This document shows positions 57,166 through 64,000 of a stretch of 64,000 bases of DNA, one piece after another. Source of the stretch: Candidatus Limnocylindria bacterium (GTDB lineage: Bacteria > Chloroflexota > Limnocylindria > QHBO01); NCBI GenBank assembly GCA_036556745.1, contig DATBIW010000122.1:15116-79115 (forward strand), in the 5' to 3' direction. The stretch's first letter is position 1. Each line of letters starts with the position of its first letter. The translations under genes were made by a program, and so were the position numbers. The notes below the pieces were generated by a model. That model saw only the letters and a program-made list of their open reading frames with translations, was not told where the DNA came from and ran no database searches.

Positions 57166-58860
57166 ATGCGAAAAGCCCTACCCCTGTTCGTCGTCATCGG
57201 TCTCGTGCTGGCCGCGTGTCAGCCGTCGGAGGCCGAGTCGCCGACAGAGTCAGCCGCCGCGTCGGAGGAGGCGCCTGCCAGCCAGGAGCCGTTCAGCCCG
57301 AGCGCGTGGCCGGAGGACGGCCCGGCTGATTGCGAGTACGGAGGCGAGTTCTCTCAGATCAGCGCCACCGACGAGCACACCGTCGTGTTCTCCCTGTGCT
57401 ACCCGGACCCGGCGTTCCTGTCGAAGATCGCGTTCACCTCGTTCGCGATTCATGACAGCGGCGTCCTCGAGGCCAACATGGCTAACCACCTGATCCTCGC
57501 GGACCCGATCGGCACCGGCCCATACATGCTTCGGGACTGGCAGCGCGGCGTCCAGCTGGTCTTCGACAAGAACCCCGACTACTGGGGCGAGAACGTCGGA
57601 GGCGACGAGCTGGTCTTCCAGTGGCGGACCGAGTCGGCCGCCCGCCTCCTGGCCCTCCAGGCCGGGACCGCGGACGCGATCGACAACCCGGCGCCCAACG
57701 ACTTCGCCACGATCGAGGGCGACAGCAACCTGCAGCTCATCCCTCGTGAGGCGCTGAACACCTTCTACGTCGGCTTCAACAACACGTACGAGCCGTTCGA
57801 TGACGTCCGCGTCCGGCAGGCGATTGCCATGGCCATCGACCGCCAGCGGATCATCGACAACTTCTACCCGGAGGGCTCCGAGACGGCGGACTACTTCACG
57901 CCGTGCAACATCGAGCTCGCCTGTGGTGGCGACCCGTGGTACGAGTTCGACGTCGAGGCGGCCCAGGCCCTGATGGCCGAGGCCGGACTGGCCAATGGCT
58001 TCTCGACGGTTCTGAACTACCGCGACGTCGTGCGTGGCTACCTGCCCGACCCGAACGTCGTGGCCCAGGACATTCAGGCCCAGCTGGCCGAGAACCTGAA
58101 CATCTCGATCTCGATCGAGGTCCAGGAGTCGGGGACGTTCCTCGACAACGCAACGGCCGGCGCGCTGAACGGGTTGTACCTGCTCGGCTGGGGCGCTGAC
58201 TTCCCGGATCCCATCAACTTCCTGGACTACCACTTCAACAACGTGGCCAACCTCCAGTTCGGCACGATCGACGCCTCGGTGACCGAGCCGTTGACCGCCG
58301 GTGGCACCACCCTCGACGCTGAGGCGCGCGAGGCGGCGTACACCGATGCCAATAACGCCATCCGCGAGACCGTTCCCATGGTGCCGATTGCCCATGGCGC
58401 GTCCGCCACGGCGTGGCTGGCAGCCGATACCGGAGCCCACAGCTCGCCGCTGGGGAACGAGTGGTTCGCCGCCGTCACCCCGGCCGACAACCAGCTGGTC
58501 TGGATGCAGAACGCGGAGCCGATCGCTCTGTACTGCGCCGACGAGACCGATGGTGAGACGCTTCGGGTCTGCGAGCAGGTCACCGAGGCCCTGTACGCCT
58601 ACGAAGTGGGCGGCACGGCACCGGTTCCGGCTCTGGCCACCGACTGCGCGGGCAACGCCGAAGCGACCGAGTTCACCTGCACCCTGCGGGAAGGCGTGAC
58701 GTTCCACAACGGAGCGACGCTGGACGCCGGGGACGTGGTTGACTCGTTCGCCGTGCAGTGGGATATGGAGCATCCGCTCCACATCGGCCGGACTGGGTCG
58801 TTCGAGTACTTCGCCGGATTCTTCGGCGCGTTCCTGAACACCCCGCCGCCCGAGGAGTAA
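57166..58860 (+). CDS. ABC transporter substrate-binding lipoprotein, family 5 (second copy)
   Basis: The track ORF begins at 57142. The ATG at 57166 has a GGAGGG Shine-Dalgarno 8 nt upstream and gives MRKALPLFVVIGLVLAAC with a lipobox. SBP_bac_5-like. Confidence 0.9.
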   Translation: MRKALPLFVVIGLVLAACQPSEAESPTESAAASEEAPASQEPFSPSAWPEDGPADCEYGGEFSQISATDEHTVVFSLCYPDPAFLSKIAFTSFAIHDSGVLEANMANHLILADPIGTGPYMLRDWQRGVQLVFDKNPDYWGENVGGDELVFQWRTESAARLLALQAGTADAIDNPAPNDFATIEGDSNLQLIPREALNTFYVGFNNTYEPFDDVRVRQAIAMAIDRQRIIDNFYPEGSETADYFTPCNIELACGGDPWYEFDVEAAQALMAEAGLANGFSTVLNYRDVVRGYLPDPNVVAQDIQAQLAENLNISISIEVQESGTFLDNATAGALNGLYLLGWGADFPDPINFLDYHFNNVANLQFGTIDASVTEPLTAGGTTLDAEAREAAYTDANNAIRETVPMVPIAHGASATAWLAADTGAHSSPLGNEWFAAVTPADNQLVWMQNAEPIALYCADETDGETLRVCEQVTEALYAYEVGGTAPVPALATDCAGNAEATEFTCTLREGVTFHNGATLDAGDVVDSFAVQWDMEHPLHIGRTGSFEYFAGFFGAFLNTPPPEE

Positions 58861-58907
58861 CCAGGAAACCCCACCGGGCGGGCACCAGCCCGCCCCGGGA
58901 CATGACG

Positions 58908-58937
58908 GACGGGCGCCACCTTCGGGTGGCGCCCGTC
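58908..58937 (+). terminator. 13-bp stem-loop GACGGGCGCCACC-TTCG-GGTGGCGCCCGTC after the second SBP gene
   Basis: Perfect stem with a TTCG loop. Preceded by a second 8-bp hairpin at 58876-58895. Likely an intra-operon attenuator or mRNA stabiliser. Confidence 0.5.
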
Positions 58938-58978
58938 GCTCTACCCGTCGAGGCGAAGGGCCACTACACTCCCGGCCA

Positions 58979-60055
58979 ATGGTCCAGTTCATCGTTCGCC
59001 GCGTGCTGCTGACCATCCCGGTCATCATCGGGATCGTCTTCGTCGTGTTCTTCATCGCGCGGATCCTGCCCGGCGACCCCTGCTACCAGGCCTTGGGCCA
59101 GCGGGCGACCCAGGAGGCCTGCGAGGCCTTCGACGAGCGGTACGGGCTGAACGAGCCGATCCCGGTCCAGTTCGGGATCTTCGTCAGCGACCTGCTCCGC
59201 GGCGACCTGGGGACCTCGATCGCCTACGGCCGCCCGATCTCCGAGATCCTCATCGAGCGGATGCCGGTCACGATCGAGCTCACGATCTTTGCCCTGACCA
59301 TCGCCACGGTCCTCGGCATCATCCTGGGCGTCGCCTCGGCCGCTCGGCGGAACTCGAAGGTCGACGTCGGGACGATGATGTTCGCCAACCTCGGGGTCTC
59401 GATCCCGGTCTTCGTCCTGGGCCTGATCCTGATCTTCTTCTTCTCGGTCGTCCTCCAGGACACCCCGTTCGCGCTGCCGCCGGGGGGTCGGCTGTCGGCC
59501 GGGGTGATCATCATCCCGCTCGCCGAGGCGTGGGGCCTCGAGGACCTCGACGGCCCGCTCCGGGTGATCATCGACTTCATCGGCAACATGTACGTGGTCA
59601 GCACCCTGATCTCGGGCCAGTGGGCGGCCTTCGGGGACGCGGTCGTCCACCTCATCCTGCCGGCCATCGCGCTGGCGACCATCCCGCTCGCCCTCATCGC
59701 CCGGATGACGCGCTCGAGCCTGCTCGAGGTGCTGGGTCAGGACTACATCCGGACCGCGCGGGCCAAGGGCGTCGTCGAGCGGCGGGTCGTCCTGAGCCAT
59801 GGGCTGCGCAACGCGATCCTGCCGGTGGTCACCGTCATCGGCCTGACCCTGGGTGCCCTGCTCAGCGGTGCCGTCCTGACCGAGACGATCTTCGGGCTGA
59901 CCGGCATCGGGCTGACGATCACCCAGTCGATCCTCGGCCGTGACTACCCGGTCATCCAGGCCGTCACCCTGATCACGGCCATCCTGTACATCACCGTGAA
60001 CCTCATCGTGGACGTGTCCTACGCGTTCCTCGACCCGCGGATCCGCCTCGAATGA
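58979..60055 (+). CDS. peptide-type ABC transporter permease (DppB/OppB-like, second operon)
   Basis: 358 aa. N-terminus MVQFIVRRVLLTIPVIIGIVFVVF. YIRTARAKGV EAA loop. Confidence 0.92.
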   Translation: MVQFIVRRVLLTIPVIIGIVFVVFFIARILPGDPCYQALGQRATQEACEAFDERYGLNEPIPVQFGIFVSDLLRGDLGTSIAYGRPISEILIERMPVTIELTIFALTIATVLGIILGVASAARRNSKVDVGTMMFANLGVSIPVFVLGLILIFFFSVVLQDTPFALPPGGRLSAGVIIIPLAEAWGLEDLDGPLRVIIDFIGNMYVVSTLISGQWAAFGDAVVHLILPAIALATIPLALIARMTRSSLLEVLGQDYIRTARAKGVVERRVVLSHGLRNAILPVVTVIGLTLGALLSGAVLTETIFGLTGIGLTITQSILGRDYPVIQAVTLITAILYITVNLIVDVSYAFLDPRIRLE

Positions 60056-61083
60056 GCGCCTCGGACGCCGACACCCGGTCCCGGGGCAACCTCGGCGAGG
60101 CCGCGGCCGAGGCCGCCGGGCTGGACGGACCAGTCGCCACCGGCTCGGCGTACATCGAGGCCGGGGAGCCGGAGGCCCTCACCGCGCGCCCGGGCAACCT
60201 GTGGCGCGACACCGCGAAGAGCATCCTCCGCCAGCGCTCCGCCCAGGTCGGACTCGTCCTCCTGGCGTTCCTCGTCCTGACCGCGATCTTCGCCCCCCTG
60301 ATCGCCCCGTATGACCCCGACCTGGCGGTCGGCATCGAGGAAGGCCTCTCGGCAGCCGACGGCGAGTTCGCCCCGTGCGTCCACCTGCTCGGATGCCCAG
60401 AGGACCGGCCGCAGCACATCTTCGGCCTGGACCGCAACGGACGGGACGTCTTCAGCCGGGTCGTCTACGGCGCCCGAGTGTCGCTCTACGTTGGGGTCCT
60501 GACCGTCACCGGGGCGATCATCATCGGCTCGATCATCGGCGCGTTCGCCGCCTTCCTGGGGGGCGGCACGGACAACGTCCTGATGCGGGTGATGGACGTG
60601 TTCCTCGTCTTCCCGGCCCTCGTCCTGGCCATCGCCATCGTCACGGTGCTCGGGGCGGGGTTGATCAACGCCCAGCTCGCCATCGCGATCGTGGCCATAC
60701 CCGTCTATGCGCGCGTCATGCGCGCCTCGGTGCTGTCGGTGCGTGAGCGTGACTTCGTGACCGCCTCCCGGGCGCTGGGCGAGTCGCGGCGCGGGATCCT
60801 GTTCCGCCGGATCTTCCCGAACGCGCTCACTCCGCTGATCGTGGCCGGGACGCTCGGCATCGCCGGCGCCATCCTCGAGGTCGCCGCGCTCTCGTTCCTC
60901 GGGCTGGGCGCCCAGCCGCCGCTGGCCGAGTGGGGCTCGATGATCGCCCTCGACCGGAACCAGCTGTTCAACGCCCCGTGGCTGATCCTCGCGCCGGGGA
61001 TCGCGCTCACGATCAGCGTCCTGGGCTTCAACCTGTTCGGTGACGGGCTCCGGGATGCCCTCGACCCGCGGCTGAACCGCTGA
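60052..61083 (+). CDS. peptide-type ABC transporter permease (DppC/OppC-like, second operon)
   Basis: 343 aa. LDRNGRDVFSRV and FVTASRALGES EAA loop. ATGA overlap with the preceding gene. Confidence 0.92.
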   Translation: MSASDADTRSRGNLGEAAAEAAGLDGPVATGSAYIEAGEPEALTARPGNLWRDTAKSILRQRSAQVGLVLLAFLVLTAIFAPLIAPYDPDLAVGIEEGLSAADGEFAPCVHLLGCPEDRPQHIFGLDRNGRDVFSRVVYGARVSLYVGVLTVTGAIIIGSIIGAFAAFLGGGTDNVLMRVMDVFLVFPALVLAIAIVTVLGAGLINAQLAIAIVAIPVYARVMRASVLSVRERDFVTASRALGESRRGILFRRIFPNALTPLIVAGTLGIAGAILEVAALSFLGLGAQPPLAEWGSMIALDRNQLFNAPWLILAPGIALTISVLGFNLFGDGLRDALDPRLNR

Positions 61084-61087
61084 GCCG

Positions 61088-62164
61088 TTGACCGTCGCCG
61101 AGATCGGGGAGATCGAGGAGATCCCGCGCCGCGTCGGCTCGCGGGGTCAGCGCCTGCTCGACGTCAAGGGCCTCGAGACCGCGTTCCACACCCGCGACGG
61201 CGTCGTCCGGGCGGTGACCGGGGTGGACTTTCACGTCGACCGGGGCGAGATCCTGGGCCTCGTCGGCGAGTCCGGCTGCGGCAAGACGGTGAGCGCCCTG
61301 TCGATCCTCGGCCTGATCGCTCCGCCCGGACGGATCGAGGCCGGCGAGATCCTGTTCGACGGGGTGGACCTCCGGACCCTCCCCGCGGAAAAGCTCCGGA
61401 CCATGCGGGGCCAGCGGATCAGCATGATCTTCCAGCAGCCCCAGAGCAGCCTGAACCCGGTCTACGACGTCGGCCGCCAGATCTCCGAGGTCCTCGAGAT
61501 CCACAAGGGGATGAAGAAGCGGAGCGCCCGGGCCCGCGCGGCCGAGCTGCTCCGGATGGTCGGCATCCCGGATCCCGAGCGCCGGCTCGAGGCCTACCCC
61601 CACGCCCTGTCGGGCGGCATGGCCCAGCGGGTGATGATCGCCATGGCCCTCGCCTGCGAGCCGGAGCTGCTCATCGCCGACGAGCCGACGACCGCCCTCG
61701 ACGTGACGATCCAGGCCCAGATCCTCGACCTCATGCGCGCCCTCCAGGCCGACACCGGGACCGCGATCATCCTGATCACCCACGACCTCGGGGTCGTCGC
61801 CGAGATGTGCGACCGGGTGGCGGTCATGTACGCCGGCGAGATCGTCGAGCAGGCCGACACGAACACCCTGTTCGCCGACCCCAAGCACCCGTACACCCGG
61901 GGCCTCATCGGCTCGGTCCCCACCCTGGGCCAGGTCCAGGACGAGCTGACGACCATCCCCGGTTCGGTGCCGAACCTGATCGACCTGCCGGCCGCCTGCC
62001 GGTTCGCCCCGCGCTGCGTGCCGCGGGTCGCCCAGCAGGTGGCCCACAGTGACACCGAGCACCCCGAGCTCCGGCCGGTCGGCGACTTCACCGGCCACGA
62101 CGTCCGGTGCTGGATCTACCACGAGCTGGATGGCACGCCGATCCCCGGAGCCAGGGTCCAGTGA
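61088..62164 (+). CDS. peptide-type ABC transporter ATP-binding protein (DppD/OppD-like, second operon)
   Basis: 358 aa. [16 protein letters not shown] and [15 protein letters not shown] start. Confidence 0.92.
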   Translation: MTVAEIGEIEEIPRRVGSRGQRLLDVKGLETAFHTRDGVVRAVTGVDFHVDRGEILGLVGESGCGKTVSALSILGLIAPPGRIEAGEILFDGVDLRTLPAEKLRTMRGQRISMIFQQPQSSLNPVYDVGRQISEVLEIHKGMKKRSARARAAELLRMVGIPDPERRLEAYPHALSGGMAQRVMIAMALACEPELLIADEPTTALDVTIQAQILDLMRALQADTGTAIILITHDLGVVAEMCDRVAVMYAGEIVEQADTNTLFADPKHPYTRGLIGSVPTLGQVQDELTTIPGSVPNLIDLPAACRFAPRCVPRVAQQVAHSDTEHPELRPVGDFTGHDVRCWIYHELDGTPIPGARVQ

Positions 62165-63318
62165 CCGCCGAGCCCGCCACGTCCGCCGCCTCCGACTGGG
62201 CGCTCGTCAAGGTCGAGAACCTCCAGGAGTACTTCCCACTCCGTGGCGGCCTGCTCCAGCGGAAGGTCGGCGAGGTCAAGGCCGTCGACGACGTCAGTTT
62301 CGAGATCCGGCGAGGCGAGACGCTCGGCCTGGTCGGGGAGTCGGGCTGCGGGAAGACGACCGTCGGCCGGACGATCCTCCGCCTCATCGAGCCGACCGGC
62401 GGCCGGATCGAGTTCGACGGCGAGGACATCACCTCCATCAAGGGCTCGGACCTGAAGCAGTACCGCCGCCGGATGCAGATCGTCTTCCAGGACCCGTACG
62501 CTTCCCTCGACCCGCGCTCCCCGATTGCCACGGCCATCGGGGAGGGGCTCCGGGTCCACGGCATCGGCTCGGGCACGGAGCGGGCCGATCGGGTGTCCCG
62601 GATGATGGAGCTGGTCGGCCTCCAGCCGTACCACGCCCGACGCTACCCGCACGAGTTCTCCGGCGGCCAGCGCCAGCGGATCGGCATCGCGCGGGCCCTC
62701 GTCCTCGAGCCGGAGCTCCTCGTCTGCGACGAGCCGGTCAGCGCGCTCGATGTCAGCATCCAGGCCCAGGTCCTGAACCTGCTCCGCGACCTCCAGCGGC
62801 GGCTCGGTCTGACCTACCTGTTCATCGCCCACAACATGGGCGTGGTCGAGCACATCAGCGATCGGGTGGCGGTCATGTACCTGGGGGCCCTGGTCGAGCT
62901 CTCGGTGGCGAGCGAGATCTACCGCCTGCCGGTCCACCCGTACACGATCGCCCTCCTGTCCGCGGTCCCGGTCGCGAACCCCGCCGAGCGGGCGGGACGG
63001 CGCCGGATCATCCTCCGCGGCGACGTGCCCTCCCCGGTGAACCCGCCGTCGGGCTGCCAGTTCCACACCCGCTGCTGGCTGCGGACCCAGCTCGGCAACC
63101 CCGAGCGCTGCGCCGTCGAGCGGCCGCAGCTGCGGACGGTGGGCGGCGGCCACCAGGTCGCCTGCCACTATGCCGAGGAGCTCCTCGAACCCACCACCCG
63201 CCAGCGCCGGATCGCGGCCGCCGCGGCCGGCAGCTCCGGCCTCCTCTCCGCCGAGGCCACCGACGAGGCCGCGCCGCCGCCACCGCCCCCGGTCACGACC
63301 GAGGCATCGGTCGGCTAG
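62161..63318 (+). CDS. peptide-type ABC transporter ATP-binding protein (DppF/OppF-like, second operon)
   Basis: GTG at 62161 (GTGA overlap) inside track ORF 62107..63318. Contains [26 protein letters not shown] and [12 protein letters not shown]. Confidence 0.92.
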   Translation: MTAEPATSAASDWALVKVENLQEYFPLRGGLLQRKVGEVKAVDDVSFEIRRGETLGLVGESGCGKTTVGRTILRLIEPTGGRIEFDGEDITSIKGSDLKQYRRRMQIVFQDPYASLDPRSPIATAIGEGLRVHGIGSGTERADRVSRMMELVGLQPYHARRYPHEFSGGQRQRIGIARALVLEPELLVCDEPVSALDVSIQAQVLNLLRDLQRRLGLTYLFIAHNMGVVEHISDRVAVMYLGALVELSVASEIYRLPVHPYTIALLSAVPVANPAERAGRRRIILRGDVPSPVNPPSGCQFHTRCWLRTQLGNPERCAVERPQLRTVGGGHQVACHYAEELLEPTTRQRRIAAAAAGSSGLLSAEATDEAAPPPPPPVTTEASVG

Positions 63319-63328
63319 GCTTGGCGAC

Positions 63329-64000
63329 GTGGAGGTCCGCGTCGCCCTCGCCCAGATCGCGCCGCAGCTGGGGGACGTGGCGGCCAACCTCGAGCTGGCT
63401 GCCGACCGCCTCCAGGCGGCCGCGAAGCAGGACGCCGCCCTCATCGTCTTCCCAGAGCTGGCCCTCACCGGGTACCTGCTGAGCGACCTCGTCCCGGAGG
63501 TCGCCATGGCGGCCGACGACCCGCGCCTGGCCGCCCTGTCTCGCGAGGCCCCCGGCGCCCTGGTCGCCATCGGCTTCGTCGAGGAGACCGACGACCATCG
63601 GTACACCAACTCGGCAGCCCTGCTCCGCGACGGCGAGCTCGTCGGCCTCCACCGCAAGGTCTACCTGCCGACTTACGGGATGTTCGACGAGGGTCGCTTC
63701 ACCCGGACCGGCGACCGGATTCGGACGACGGCGGTCGGCCCGCCCATCGGGCGCATCGGCCTGAGCATCTGCGAGGACTTCTGGCATCCCTCGGTGCCCA
63801 TGGTCCAGAGCCACGACGGGGCCGACCTCCTCGTCAACCTGGCGGCCGGTCCCGCCCGGGCGCCGGGCAGCGCGGCCGGGCTGGCGGCCATCGGCGGGTG
63901 GCACAAGATGCAGGAGACCTACGCCCTGCTCGGCACGGTCGCGGTCGCGTTCTGCAACCGGGTCGGCAACGAGGAGGGCCTGACCTTCTGGGGCGGCTCC
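63329..64000 (+). CDS. carbon-nitrogen hydrolase (nitrilase superfamily) protein, 3' end cut by window edge
   Basis: My own translation from GTG 63329, not in the ORF track because no stop is reached: VEVRVALAQIAP...LIVFPELALTGY...LHRKVYLP...GLSICEDFWHP. This shows the Glu-Lys-Cys catalytic triad context. Confidence 0.8.
   Translation, partial: MEVRVALAQIAPQLGDVAANLELAADRLQAAAKQDAALIVFPELALTGYLLSDLVPEVAMAADDPRLAALSREAPGALVAIGFVEETDDHRYTNSAALLRDGELVGLHRKVYLPTYGMFDEGRFTRTGDRIRTTAVGPPIGRIGLSICEDFWHPSVPMVQSHDGADLLVNLAAGPARAPGSAAGLAAIGGWHKMQETYALLGTVAVAFCNRVGNEEGLTFWGGS

Overview
Very GC-rich bacterial chromosomal DNA, densely packed with housekeeping genes. Many neighbouring genes overlap by ATGA/GTGA/TTGA start-stop junctions. 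Order of content: (1) 3' part of a xylose-type sugar ABC transporter, convergent xylB-xylA, and a proline dehydrogenase. (2) Three uncharacterised small genes, then parB-parA. (3) A tRNA(CAT) followed 19 nt later by a propionyl-CoA to succinyl-CoA module: carboxyltransferase, biotin carboxylase, separate BCCP, methylmalonyl-CoA mutase catalytic subunit and epimerase. (4) sucDC on the opposite strand. (5) icd-sdhCDAB-rnhA, with the RNase P RNA gene directly after rnhA. (6) A divergent pair of Cys-containing unknown genes. (7) A complete division/cell-wall cluster: mraZ-rsmH-small ORF-ftsL-ftsI-murF-mraY-murD-ftsW-murG-murB-ddl-ftsQ-sbp-ftsA-ftsZ-yggS-yggT. (8) An MFS transporter, tRNA-Val, a CYTH-domain protein and a glycosyltransferase. 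(9) A NUDIX gene coupled to gcvT-gcvH-gcvPA-gcvPB. (10) An ECF sigma/zinc anti-sigma pair. (11) Two tandem five-gene peptide-type ABC transporter operons. (12) The 5' part of a carbon-nitrogen hydrolase gene. I saw no transposases, integrases, CRISPR arrays, prophage or recognisable defence genes, and I cannot support a claim of a large novel system here. The points most worth follow-up are small-scale. A 16-bp palindrome occurs twice, bracketing pccB. Perfect high-GC DnaA-box direct repeats lie in front of ftsZ. An RBS-bearing small ORF sits in frame with an RBS-less ftsL across a single TAG. An MFS gene encodes its conserved N-terminus upstream of any ATG/GTG/TTG. An rnpB promoter appears embedded in the rnhA stop region. 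A divergent Cys-rich gene pair sits upstream of mraZ. FtsA, sbp (DUF1290) and split gcvP in such GC-rich DNA suggest a deep-branching monoderm-like lineage (Chloroflexota- or basal Actinomycetota-like), but that is inference only. Many very long ORFs in the six-frame track are antisense or out-of-frame artefacts of the GC content.
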